From Chlorokybus atmophyticus (lineage: Eukaryota > Plantae > Mesostigma and Chlorokybus algae): a stretch of 64,000 bases of DNA. The notes under the pieces were generated by a model that did no database searches, was not told the DNA's origin, and worked only from the letters and a program-made list of their open reading frames with translations. Below, piece by piece: positions 26,163 to 41,655 of this stretch; the first letter of the stretch is position 1, and each line of letters opens with the position of its first letter. The stretch spans positions 62,001-126,000 of the forward strand of contig RHPI01002402.1 in NCBI GenBank assembly GCA_009103225.1, read 5' to 3'. Made by a program: the position numbers and the translations under genes.

Positions 26163-26983
26163 CATGCACTCCTCGCTACATATGCTTTTCAATAGCAAGC
26201 ATGCAAGTTATGGCAAGCACATAAGTCAAGCACGCCATATGCATGGGGGTTGTAAAAATTGGTTTGCTTTTCGCTTCTTGCTCCCGATGACTTGCTGCTT
26301 GTTGGCTTGCATTGCCAGCATTGCATGTGAATGTGCATGATGTGCAAATTGACTTATACCATATGCATGATTGTGCTGCCTGCTTGCTCGTACCGACTGC
26401 CCCGCCTTGCATTTGCACATCGCATATCGGAGCATCTAGCCTAAGCCCCGGATGTAATGGAGTTTGTCTCTACTGTTTTGTCGTCTTGCCAACTGTATGC
26501 GTGGGTGTGTGCATGATTGTGCATTACCTACCCGAATCCATGCCATATGCATGGTACTTCTAACCGGGATTTGGTGTGCCAATCAAGCACAATCACGCGG
26601 GTATATCCACATGGTCGTGGTGGAGTGGAACAATTCATCACATCAAGGCATGGCCCTTGCGGTGAATGCACACCTTGGCGGGTGCTAGAGCGCGAGCGAT
26701 TACTACCACGTGACAGTTGAATGTGTGATCAGCAACGTGGTACCACACAAGCTCCCATTACTGCCTCCCTAAACGCCAGTCAAACACATGCACGCATCTA
26801 TGTCTGGCATCTTTCACACACATGCTGCGCGCAGTTCCTGTTATTGATGGTTAGTGTCTTTATTGAGAGTTGTACTACACGCTGCTACAGCCAAAGACAA
26901 CTACATGACGAGAGAATGTTAGAGAATGTTAGAATAATCTATGCCCAAAAGAATTCCAAGTGGTGCGCAACTTACTGCGTCCC

Positions 26984-29177
26984 TCAACCAAGCACAAAGT
27001 TGTCAACGCGTAAAAGCACTTCGTTCCTCTGCAGATGAGAGCAAGGTCAGCTCAGAAGAGCAAAACCTGCCAATCCTTCGCAACAGTAATGAACCCGACG
27101 TACCCGTAGGAAGCCTGGGGTATAAGGTGCATTGTATCTTGCAAGCAATGTTGGACCAACGGCCTGTAGCCCGTCCTTGGCAAGAGCCTCTCTCAAGAGG
27201 GATTCCTCCCTCCTTGCATCTGCATCAGAGGCGACTCCACCGAACGTGCGCGTAGCAAAGAACCCGCCGTCCTCCTCACGCACACGGACAGATGAATCTT
27301 TTGGCACTGGGAGGCTGCCAAAAACCATAAGGGGTAGCAGATTGATAACAACACCACACAAAGTGCTGTGACTGTTTGCAGCTAAGCTCTTGTGGCGATT
27401 GTTACAAGGAGGATCATCAGCATGCAATGGTCAGCATGTGCAAGTGGGGTAGGGTGCATGCAGTTGCTATACCTGTCAACTGGCCCGCCTTTGGGCACAA
27501 CGAAGCTCATAATGTTTGAATTGCTGCTGGAAACTGATGTCAACACAGGTACGGTCATACTCATCTTCTCCCCTTGGTCGTTCAGGCCAAATATGTACCC
27601 CGCTAGCTGGTTGAAGGCTTTCCTGCTTGCATCGTCACCAGTGGACATGTCTACTTCAGCCACAATAAATGGCTCATACCTGCGGACCTGGACCAGAGCT
27701 TATCTCTACTTTGAATTGGCGTGCACATGCAAGCAACCAAGCCATTTACTGCAGAGCACCATCAACGTCCCCCTCGTAATAGATCCGCAGATACTGTTAC
27801 CACACACGCGGGGAAAGGCGAGGGGGGATGTAAGGGGGGTACCTCATAGTTGTGCAGCCGTTTCAATGGGAGATAGGACGGAGCGTCCAATTTGGGTACG
27901 GTCCCCTTGAAAGAACACTGTCTAAGAACCTCTCGAACTCCTTCCCATGACAGATACTCATTGTTGCCAATGGAGTCCCACTTGTCGATATGCTTGTTGA
28001 ATAGCCCTGTTTCGGGGTTGATGCCCATGATGGACACACCGGTGAACGTCAGCTGAGGCTGCCAAGGAAGCAACCTGAAAATCATTTGCATTGTCCACCT
28101 TGTGGTGATCTCCAAGTCTCCTGTCTGTGAACCGCAGTTAATGCTTAAGTGTCGACCTCTTTGCATGTTCTGCTTGTAGTCATCTGCATTGTTCCATAGT
28201 GATCAACTGGCTTTCCATACCTGCTTGACGTCATGCAGGTAAAACTTGGGGGTAAAGACGAACCGCAGCATCTGTATGTTGAACAAATACCCATCTGCAG
28301 TGTCATACTTGGTAATGGGATCAACAAACGCCACCTTCTTGTCGTAGCGTGTCCTGGCAGCCCCAAGTGTTACTAAATGACAGTCATGCATGCACAAGCA
28401 TGACTGTAATATATGCATGCGAGGGCCAGTAGTAGAGCTGGTCGTAACATCGGCAGTGAGGTCCAATGTCAGATGCCACAACTCACTTGTCAATGCCTGC
28501 ATGTTGAGGCATCTGTCAGCGGCCAAGCAACGGAATACACTCGAGCGGCTAAGATGTCTGATTCAAAACAATCAGCTACCTTTCTCGTCGAAAAGGTGAA
28601 CAAGGTCCCCTCGTAAAAACTCCATCATATCGTTCATGTACTCTTGTGTGATCTTCATCTTGCCCTCTGCTTGTGTGCTTGCTGAAGTTGCCGAACAAGT
28701 AGTGAAACAGCGCCGTTGTTGACGCTGTTTCCGCTGTGGTGATCGACAAGTGCTTGCAATCCTCAAACTCTGTGAACCACAGGGCTACATCTCAGCATCG
28801 GCTGCTACAGAAACCGACAGGCTGTGTCAGCACAAGACTCAGCGCTGACGAACGACTGTCACAACTTCCGAGGTCGGTGTGCTAGGAGCCAGTATAAGCA
28901 AGCTTGCTATAGTGCTCAGCTGATCCCTAAGTTTTCCTGAGCTTCTCAAACTACTGCATTCAAGCTTGTAACGTGTGCAAACAGCAAGCATGGAAACGCG
29001 CACCAATTGAGCCGGCTTGACAGCTTGACCTCTCAGCAGCGCAGTTGTTGGCGGCAGCGCATAAATTTCAGCTCGCTTGCTCGTAGCTGTCTGCGGACAG
29101 GCGCTCAATGACGCCGCGCTCTTAGCAAACCCGCTCGCAGCTGCCGTCTTGCACAGGCCAGCTGCAGCAGCAGCCAT
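26984..29177 (-). CDS. Plastid SOUL heme-binding protein with N-terminal SnoaL/DUF2358-like domain (HBP5-like)
   Basis: Transit peptide MAAAAAGLCKTAAAS; FLRGDLVHLFDEKG, YDKKVAFVDPITKYD, TTRWTM...LPWQPQLTFTGVS, HIDKWDSI, AFNQLAGYIFG.N...KMSMTVPV, LARYNAPYTPGFLRRNEVL. Confidence 0.92.
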
Positions 29178-30070
29178 TCCCACCAGACCGCAGAGCACAA
29201 GCTCGATCTACAAGAGAGTACTTTCAACTCAACCGTTCTCACGTATATGCACCTCCCTCACGCACACCTCTGTGTCCTGCAGACGTCCGCCGCCGCCGCC
29301 ACGCCAGCCACGCTTGCCGCTGCCGCTGCTGATTTGGCTGCTACAGCATTCCACGTCGACAGCCAGCGTCACGCGTCACTACTTGCGAGGCACCGAACAC
29401 TAGATTGCGTAACGCTGGAGGCTGAAGTCCCAAATGCAGCTCAAGTGACCATACGCAGGTCCTGGCATCAACAAGGACATATAATCGGTCAACGGACGAG
29501 CCGAGATTGCCTGCTTTCAAAGCGGGGCTTTGGCGCGAAAAGCTTAGGCCCTTCCTGACTGTAGGCGTTGCTCTAAGAGGCAGCTTCTGAATGGATGAAT
29601 TGATCAACTTTCTCCCACAGCGCGCGCTTTGGGCAAGCAGCAGGGGCGGGAGCGCTGGGCGGCGGCGGCTGCGGCGGACTGGTTGGTGTGGTTGTATTGT
29701 GTACGTGTTGTTCATGCAGTTGTTGTGGCTGTTTGCTTTCAAAACCTACAGTGTGTCGAGGAGCATTGCCAGCGTGGGCTTGGGGCACGGCTGGCAGGCT
29801 GCGCTGGTTGTGGTGCCGTGGTAGCTGTTGGTTGGAGTGTTGGCATAGCTGCTTCAGGCAGGCAGTGATTACCAACCGACAGGTTACTTCTGACTGTATG
29901 GTGCCCAACCAATCGTGTTGAGCTGGTCGTCAGTGTCTTGTGTACAATGGGCAGCTGGCTAGCAGCACACTTTGCGCTTGATGACCAGGGACAAAGCTAG
30001 ATTAAGGTTTGCAAGACAGGGCGACAGTCAGCTCTTCACGAATGCCGCAACACCATAGTGTGTTGGTAGG

Positions 30071-33000
30071 ATGCTAGAAACGGATGTCGCCACGGCCTAC
30101 AAGCGCATTCGCGAGCAGGCGCGACAAGCAACGGCCAGCACCGTCCTCGTCTTTGTGTCTACAGCCGACTGCGATTCCATATGTGCACTCAAGATCTTGA
30201 CGGTAGGCAAGTTTGCGTGTGTGCGCACTATGTCTCACAGCATAGGCCAGTGTGTCAGAGAGAGTGCATGTGTGCGCTGTACCGGTTGTATGTTAGGTGA
30301 CAAATGTAGTCGTTGTGTAATGGCTGGCAACTGCTTTGCTGACAGCAATTCCATGCGCATTGCTTTGTAGTAGCTTGCTAGCACCATTGTTGAGCGCCAG
30401 CGTTGCAGACACTCTTCAAGCAAGACTCTGTGCCCTACTCAGTACTCCCTGTTTGCGGGTATGAGGCATTGACCAAACACGCAGCCAAGACAACCAACGA
30501 TGATGGCCAGGTGCAGTGCAACAATAATTATTTTGTTGCAGTGTCTTCCGTGGAATGCCAGGCTTGACACATGCTTGCTGGGTAGGCCATCATCGTGGTC
30601 ATGATAAACTGCGGTGGCGCGGAGCCAGTTAGAAACATTCTGCAGTGTGGCCCGAGCACGACTGTGTACATCATTGACAGCCATCGGCCCCTCAATCACA
30701 GCAACATCAACAGCAACAACAAACAAGTACGTGTCCCAAGCCAGCAGTAGTCTTGTTTGCCTAGGAGTCGTGCGGCAGTCATGCAACATGTTGTGATATG
30801 GTAACACGTTGTTGTTTGCGCAGGTAGTAGTGCTTTGCACTGACGATGATAGACAGAAGTTAGCAGAGTTGCTAGGACCCTTGCTGCGCGAGCCTGATGT
30901 TGATGAAGGTGATGATGACGACGCCGAGTCAAGTTCTGATTCTGATGATGACGACGACGACGACGACGATGGTGCTCGTCCGAGTGCACGAAGGCGGACT
31001 GGGCATGGGACGTATGTGAGTGTCAAGCGGGAAAGACGAGACCGCCTTCATAAGTACTACCGTGTCGGTGCATTCTATGGCCGAGCAAGCGGGTGTTTAC
31101 TGTTTGATGTTGCGCACGCAATGCGCAGAGATACAAACAACCTGTTATGGTGAGCTTCTGCGGTGCTTGTTACTCATCCATTTGTGTCTTGTTGCTGTGT
31201 GCAATGCACATAGTAGATTGCGTTTGGGAAGCAGCAGTACAAACCAGATAAATGCACGCAGGTTGGCTATCTTGGCCTTAACAGATCAGCAGTTGCACGA
31301 GCGTGTACATCATGAGGGCTACCAGTCATGCTACGAGGAATTGAAACAGCTGGTGTGTAAACACGTTGACCAATTCCTGTGTCTGTTGGTCTTGAATTCA
31401 CACATGCTCAATTTATGGTTGCAGGTTTACACCCGCAACATTGATGTGGAGAAGAAAAGAACCCTGGAGGATGGCACGGTTGTGCTGAACCCCCAGAAAG
31501 CCAGAATAAACTCTGCAGAAGAGTTGCGCTTTTACCAGATCCGGCACTGGTCATTGCACGACTCCATGCTGCATTCACCGTACGTGGCAACACAGCTGAA
31601 GACCTGGACAGGGGCAGGCAGACGTGAGCTCGACCGAATGTTGGCCAGGATGGGGATACCATTGAATGAATGCCATCAGAAGTATACACACATGGGCCCT
31701 GACCTCAAAAAGTGAGTGAAACGTTTTGCGATACAGATCCATGTTCTGCCTAAATGAAGTCGTGCTGCGCCGTTCCTGTATTATCTCGACATGTAATGCG
31801 CAAGTTGCTGCAGGTTGCTAACTGAGAGGTTGGAGAAGTATGCCCCGGAATTCATGTTGCACGATTACAAAATGAAAACCTTTTCATTGCGACACAACTA
31901 CGAGTAAGTACCCAATTCACTTGCCTTGTCCTTAAGTCAACAAGCAAGCGAGCTTTAGACTGCACCTCAAGAGCACGCCTACTTTTGCCATGTGCAGTAT
32001 TGTTGGCAATGAGTCGTATGCAAAACAATACTGCCATGTTTGTCATGCTGTCCTGCCAACTGCTGACCGTGAATGCTGTTGTTGCGGCCACCTGACAGTC
32101 ACGATCCTGTGCTTGGACAGGCAGGAGGTCAGTGCGCCGGATGTTGTATACGCTGCCACCTCGGTGCTGGAGATTGGGTTTGGTTCAAGTGCACAGGACC
32201 CGCTGTCCAGTTTTTGGGCCGCTGCTGATCTGCTTTCTGTGTAAGGCTTTCAGCACGCTGTTTAAGCACCTGTCTGGACAAAGCTTGCCAATGCCAGCAC
32301 TAGTAGTAATGATACATGTGCGTTTGCAGTGATTGCAACCGCCAGTTGTTTCAAGCTGCGGTTGCCAGGTCGTGCATGATGCAACGAGCCATGCTTAAAG
32401 TCATCGGCCATCTGTTGCAGCTGCAGGTGCGTACCCGTTTGTTTGAATATAAACAAGGAGTGAGCTCGTCTAACTGTTTTGGACACCTTGTGTCAAGCAG
32501 GCTGTGCAACCGCACAGGAACTTAGTGACAATCGAGCTGCCAGAGAACGATGATGCTTACCTGCTCGCACACCCTCTCGCGCTGGCCAAGCTCACGCGCG
32601 CGGTCAGGAGCGCTGCCAAGGTTGGGGCATCTACCACTTATGTTCTTATGCAAAATATCAGTATTGGCTCTGCTCTCAATGCGCATATCATTGGCGGCTT
32701 CACTCCGCTTCCATGTTCACAAGCTGTGATTATTATTCGTGAAGATGCTGGCATGCATGCTAACCACACTGCTGTATCAGGATATGCTGGGAGCCGGGCG
32801 GAAACGGAGGCCGTTCATCACGGTGGCGCATCGTCGGGACCAAAGGTTCTCCCTTGTTGTCGGCGTTGCTGAACGGCCTCGCCTCGAGAGCCCTGGAAAG
32901 TATGTGTTTACGCTGCGCCCTCTTGGACACTATGCCAATTGCCTATGATACACGTACTCACTGTGGTCTTGTTATGTAGCATGCTCTCCATCGCGTTCAA

Positions 33001-33133
33001 CACGGCTATCGAGGAGCTTCGAGGAGAGTACAAGGCGGACGGGTTTGAAGCCACTGTGGTGGAGATTGACCGCAAAGAGGTGGCACGGTTCAAAGAGATT
33101 CTACTGGACAAGTATATGGCTGGTAACAGCTAG
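30071..33133 (+). CDS. CDC45: DNA replication initiation factor CDC45, multi-exon
   Basis: VFVSTADCDSICALKIL, VVMINCGG, YIIDSHRP, acidic insertion, LWLAILALTDQ, RHWSLHDSMLHSPYVATQLKTW, LARMGIPL.EC.QKY.HM, VVYAATSVLE, HPLALAKL. Confidence 0.95.
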
Positions 33134-34296
33134 TCGGTCCCTTATTGCCTCCATAGATGATTGATAGACAGTGATAGACTGTGAGCTTGAACAACTTGTT
33201 GCAGCGACCTGTTACAGCACAGCTGTACAGCGCACATTGGCACAACTCCATAAAGCACCAAAGTGCAAATCGAACACTTGGCCAGGATTACGTTGTGCCA
33301 TCTGGCAATCACGCCGACCTGCACCAACTCATCACTGGGCGCATGATGCACGCTACAGATCGTTGCAACATGCAGAACGCAGGACAGGAGAACCTACAGA
33401 ACCGAAGGCATGGCGCCAGTAGCTGGCTTATAGCTGAGGACTTGTATGTATATGTATAGGAGACATTGCCCACTGTTACCTACTGTTGTGTTGGGGCCAA
33501 CAGCAGCGGACATTGTTCGAAAGTCAACCATCTTGTGGCACAACCTGAAGATGAAAAGCTATGCATCCCTTACTCGCAGAAGCGGTGGTGATCTGCAACC
33601 ATTACAGTTGGGTACCTGCAACCCAGTGCTGATGTGTACTACCTGGGCAAGTCAGCGTGATACACACGCCCTGCCCGGCTGGCAGAGCACTGTTGCTGCG
33701 TGCGCAGTCGCCTGTGGACCCACACCAGTGCGCGTGCATGCATGGCACGCATGGCGACTTGCATTGGTTGGCAAGTCTATACTAGCGGTTGCCACTGCGG
33801 CAAGTTACTAGTGCAGAGCAATGTTGCAGCAAGTACACCCAGCACTCGGCATTCCTTTAATAGCTCTGAGTCAGTCTGGATGGCTCGCCAAAGACGCTTG
33901 TGTACTCAATCCGTTGGCACTTGCGTGCTGGCTGGGCTCATAAGTTGGACGTGTATTGTTTACTTTCTATGACTAACAACAGCGTTGCCATTCTGCTCGG
34001 CAACGCACACTGCAAGCCAGTCTACACACACTGGCCTCCTGTCTTCAGCCCGGACATGAATGAGTAGGGCAGTGGACAACTAGGCTTAAGCTTTCCTCTG
34101 CATTGCTCTTCCTCCCCTCATCCGCCGCCGCCGCCGCCACCCTTGTGTTGCCCCCGCACAAACTGCTAGACGCTTGCGTTGGTGGTGAGCTTCTGCTCTA
34201 TGCGCCGGCGGCGACAGCGGGAGGGTTGTCGTGCTTGTTCAGTGGGAGGCTAAAGGTGTTCTTGGCATCGCTGTGGTCCTTCTTCTTGTCCGGGGC

Positions 34297-35843
34297 ATGG
34301 CGCTGCCCATTCCGAAGCGTCGCAGTGGATACGGCGTGGGCAACCCCGCCGCTCCCGTCCAGCTCGACTTTGTCGTCGACTACCAGTGCCCTGTAAGCAT
34401 GAAGTGGTGCCCTTTGCTGTCATTGTTGTTGTCCTGGTCCAACGCCTCCCATGCTGTTAACCCACACACACACAGAGCAGCTCAGCCAAGTGGCAGCACT
34501 GTCATTGCTGTAAACCAGTCAGTCACACGCTTGTGCTTGCAATGAGGTGCAATAGAGGACGTAAATGAAAGGGCCTGACAAAAGGTTGTAAGATTCTTTC
34601 TGCTGTTGCAAATCTTCTCAATTGCGTGCATTTCTGTGCGGCAAGGCATAGTTCTCTAATCTTCTGTGGAAATTGAGTCTGTGAACGATGGTATGAGTAC
34701 TACTCGCCTTTTGTTGTTTGTTGTCATACAAAGCCAAAGCCTGGCCAGGCTTTTGCTTTGTATGTTGTGTCACGCAAAGATCAAATTCAACACAGTACCG
34801 CGTTACACACGCCCTACAAAAACTGCGCATCCGCAAAAGTCAGAAAGCAAGCCAACTTGTCAAGCACTCACAACGACTGAAGTGCTGTTGTTAGCTGTAC
34901 TGTGCATTTGTGTGTAGCACGCTGCTTGCTGCATATGTTGACACCTTGACCAAAGCCGAAACTCTTGCCGATGTGCGCAGTATTCTGCAAGATCGTGGCC
35001 AGTTGTCAAGCAGGTGCTGGCGAAGTACGGCCCCGACAAGCTCTACTTTGTTCTGCACCCGTGCGTGCTCCCTGGCCACCAGTCCGCTTACGACGTCAGC
35101 AGGTAGACCCCACATTCACCAAACATATTGCAAGCCAAAGCTCATCAACGCTATGAGTATGGCTGTGGTGCTAAGTGAGCTGCTTTGCTTGATCCAATTT
35201 TTATGTTTCTGCACTACAGGGCTGCTGCGGTCTTCATACGCAAGCAGCCAGCCAGGCTGCTGGAGATTGTTGAGTTCCTGTTCACACACCAAAACGAGTT
35301 CCGCAATGAGGTGATGAACTGTTACAGTGTGGCTTTAGGTATGGTCAGTGTCAATGATGATGCCAATATGTTGACAGTTGGAGTTTTCATTGCATGCAGG
35401 TGATGATGAATAAGACCCGCAAGCAGCTGCTGGAACTGCTGGCAGGCTATGCGAGCAAACACTTCAGCATTCCCGCAGACGAGTTCTACAGGTTTGCAGT
35501 AACTTACATTCTGCTCGCTCCTTGTTAAGTAGTAGAAGCCAAGACTGACACGCCTGCGCGTACGCGTTTGCGCGCGTGTGCATTTGCATGTGCGTGGCTG
35601 CATGCGCAAGTGTTTGTTGCACGCGCGCAAACGCGTACACGCAGGCGTGTCAAACACATCTTATGCAGGTCGATAGATGATGACGAAGCTTTGATGGCGG
35701 TCAAAGTCCCGCAGCGCTTTGCCATAAGCAAGGCCATTTGGAGCACGCCCACATTTTTACTCAACGATGTCGTAGCGGTGAACGTTTCAAGTTCCTGGAC
35801 ACTTGAGCTATGGAGCATGTTCCTGGACCCCTTCTTTCAATGA
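34297..35843 (+). CDS. DsbA-like thioredoxin-fold protein with CPYS motif
   Basis: MALPIPKRRSGYGVGNPAAPVQLDFVVDYQCP spliced (34393-34980) to YSARSWPVVKQVL; LHPCVLPGHQSAY; C-terminal IWSTPTFLLND (cis-Pro loop); ends WSMFLDPFFQ*. Confidence 0.85.
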
Positions 35844-36113
35844 TCTCTGACTGCATCTGCTTGTACAACGTAGCTGCAACAGTACATATGTAGTTGTATG
35901 ATACCGTAGTATACGCGATTCCATTTACTCACCATGTGGCAAACAGCAAGCCTTGTTCAGCTTCAATTTGCATGCGCACGTCTCAGTCATTGGCACGCGA
36001 CTTGCTGCATTGTGTTGTGCACTCAGTACATCACGATATGCACAACACCAACATTCTTGAGAGGGTAGCCGTATTGATTTGGCAAGTAACAAACCTTATC
36101 ATCAGACAGCCTT

Positions 36114-36393
<280 letters not shown>

Positions 36394-36502
36394 TCTCTGC
36401 CGTCCAATTCGGACGGATCCAGCGGGTTCGCAGCCACCCCACCCGAAAAACGTCTCAAGCCCTAAAACAGTCTCAGCCTGCGGGTGCAGTGGGGCGTCGT
36501 CG

Positions 36503-38525
<2,023 letters not shown>

Positions 38526-39946
38526 CAACTGCGGCTTTTTTGTGTTGGTCTGGAATACGAAGAATCAAGCGGTACACGGCTGCTACTGCTCCCAAGTAAG
38601 GATGGTTGTTAGCTGCATCGTCGGCGCAAAGCGTATTGCGGACAACTAACATTTGTTTGTTGTGCTGATTTTCATGTCCTCGTGTGACATGGCACAAACA
38701 AGCACTATGTGTATATGCGCAGGAAGGGAAGCTACAGCTTGCGGCTGCAGTTGCAGGCATGCGCAGCAGCTATGCTTGCATGCAGGTAACGCCCTTGAGA
38801 ATGTGAAGCTTGTTCAAGCATGATACATGTATATGTGTTTGCAGCAGTCTGCCTAAGTTGATTGTTTATTATCCAGGTCAATGCTTGGAGCTGGAGGTGC
38901 ATCATTGCTGTACTACAAGCTAGAGTTGGAGTACCTGACTCCCCACCACTGCACACTGCCAAGTGTCAATCGGAAACCTGCGTCAATGACAGCTGCCACA
39001 CTACGCAGACCTACCCAGACCTACGTTATGGCAACACTTAACACCGCGGCCGCTGTGTGCAAAGCGAGGCGTGACAATGAGTCTCCGGTTTGCTGTCAGC
39101 AGGCTCCACATGCAGCTCAGCTCACTGGGCTGTACATCAGTCGCGCGCTGTTTTCAGGCGTGTGCAGTGCTAGAGAACTGACATAGTGATCATGCCCCTA
39201 TAGTGGTGGTGACGGTTGAAACCTTCGATCAAGGCTATGTAGCATTGGTTGTAAGCAGATATGGTTGCTAATGCAGTCAATCACGTATCTACAGGTTGCT
39301 GCAGGCACCGTGGGCACTAGCTCTGGTCAATGACTAGTTATACATTCGCAGCAAACTTGCAGTGCTGTCCAGGCTTGTACACTACTACTTGTAGTGGTAT
39401 TGAGGGCAGGCAAGCTCATGCTTTGCATTTGAAGATTGAATCAAGTCAAGTGCAAGCAGCGCACTGCAGCTTACACAAGTTCTGGTAGCTCGCCATACGC
39501 ATTCTGAGAGCAAAGCAACTGTCGCGTTTGTGAGCTCCCATCCTTCTTGCATGCATGGTGGCCATCATATATAATTGCATACAGATATAAATGCACAGTC
39601 GCCAGGCAAGATGCCGGCTGATGTATTGGGTGTTAATGAGCGCTGATAATAGCAGACACGTGCACGCAAAACTCTGGCAACAAGACACTTGGGTATAAAT
39701 GTAGAATAAGCACTGCAACATGTCTGTACAACTTACCATAACTTCAAAATATCTATGCACACAGACATTTGCTCGCATGCCGACACATTGCACAAAGCTC
39801 GGGCAATCAAGTGGCTGCTCTGCTTGCACGATGTTCACACATCGTGCAAGCAAGCACAATACTTGCCAAAGACTTGATCAGCACCTCCGTCAGAATGTGG
39901 AGGGCATCCTCCATGCCCTTCTGTACGCCTAGCTGCACACGTGTTC

Positions 39947-41655
39947 ATGCCTCCATCCAGCACTTGTGGCGTAGCCGGACTCGTCACCGGCGGCGGCGGT
40001 GGTGAGCTGCGGTGCGGCGTTGAGAGGAGGAGCGGCTGCCGGGTGCCGGCGTCGCTGCGGGCAAGGAGCACAAGCAGGAGAACGGTGCGAGCGGGCTGCA
40101 GCGCAGGTGAGTAGCAAGGCTGGTGGCTTTTGCAACAACAGTAGCTGATAGCACATGGAAGGTGGTTTTTGGAGGCGCAGCTCTCTGCATGTGTACTTGT
40201 CACTTGCGCATGGAGCTGTGGTGTATATTAGTGCTTTTCAGACGCTTCAGGGAAGCTCTGAAGCGTCTGAAAAGGAGGCTTCAGAGCTTCCCTTGCGTGT
40301 AGTTGTGCGCCAGGGCGGCTTTGCTGCCACTGCCATGCAACCCTTCCCTGATTACGACTACACTAGTCATAGCCGGCAGCTACAACCATGGGTTACATAG
40401 GAAAAGAATGACTTCTTCTGCATGTAGTTCAACCTGAACTGTCACTTGTCACACGAATCAAGTGGCAGTAGTAGTACTAGTAGTACTTCAGTAATACTGG
40501 TTTAGATATTAGCAGTAGCGTACAGCAGTTGCTACAATATCATTGTCGCGCAGAAATTTTAGCACCCTTCCCAAAATTGATGCCTTAAGCTTGAACAAGT
40601 ACCATCACTCCCAACACAATTGATGACATGTACCTCCTCACTCATCCACTCACTCACTCTCCTCCCCCGCAGCCATGCCCCCCTCCTCCTACTCCATATG
40701 GGCCGTCCCCTCCCCTTCCTCCCCCCTCCACTCCACCCTCTCCTCCCTCATCTCCTCCCTGTCCGCCCGGCACAACGCGCCGCCTTTCGCCCCGCACGTG
40801 ACGGTGTGCGGGGGAATAATTGGAGAAGAGGGGGAGGGGGAGAGGGAGGTTGTGAGACAGTTCGAGGAGAGTGCCAGGGGAGTGGGAAGGTATGAGTGCG
40901 AAGTGGAGGAAGTGGGAGTTGGGGAGATATACTATGAGTGCGTGTTCCTCAAGATGAAGGTGAGAGGGTGTGGGTGTAGGTGGATGGGTGGGCGCATGGC
41001 CGTGTGGGCGTGCACGCATGCGCAGGTGGGCATGTGCACGTTTGTTTACCTAGTGTGGTCGTGTGCAGGCGTGCGTGTGTGTGTGTGTGCGTGTGCGTGG
41101 TTGCGCGTGCATGTATGTGTGTCTGTCTTGCGTTTGTCTACCTGAGGCTGTTTTTGAGCGGAGAGTGTTGACAGTTATGAGTCTGGTTGAATGACTTGTC
41201 TGCAAGAACCGGTATCGATCGTGAGATCTCTAGACTTACACCCACTGTGTACCCTTGGTTATAACACACATGTAAGCATGCATGTGTCATTCACACCCTC
41301 CTATGATACAACAGCCAACGGAGGGTGTTTTAGCAGCAGCCAAGGCGGCCCGCGCGGCGTTCAGCAAGGGCAACACTAACAACTACATGCCGCATATGAG
41401 CCTGATATATTCCGACATGGCGCCCGAGAGCAGGCGCGAGCTCGCGGAGAGCGTTCGGCGGGACCACGCTGAGCTGCTTAATGTATGCTGTGTGTGGTTG
41501 TGCCACTTCATGATGTTGGGAGAGTGGCGAGAGAGTGACATGTTGTGTTGTTGCAGGAGAAGTTTCTCGTGGAGAGGTGGGAGCTGTGGAGTACAGACAC
41601 GCAAGATAAGGAGATGAAGACGTGGAAGCGAGTAGCGGAAGCGAAGCTGAAGTAG
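39947..41655 (+). CDS. 2H phosphoesterase / cyclic phosphodiesterase (CPDase); conserved domain starts at ATG 40675, with a putative transit-peptide exon at 39947-40106
   Basis: YSIWAVP, two HxT/S motifs (APHVTV, MPHMSLIYSD), YYECVFL, LWSTDTQD...W. Upstream exon ends CAG|GTGAGT (phase 1) and joins in frame to acceptor CGCAG|CCATG at 40673. Confidence 0.88.

Noticed and set aside
29247-29921. ORFs on both strands between SOUL and CDC45
   Set aside because: Low-complexity GC-rich promoter/UTR sequence with no homology signal.
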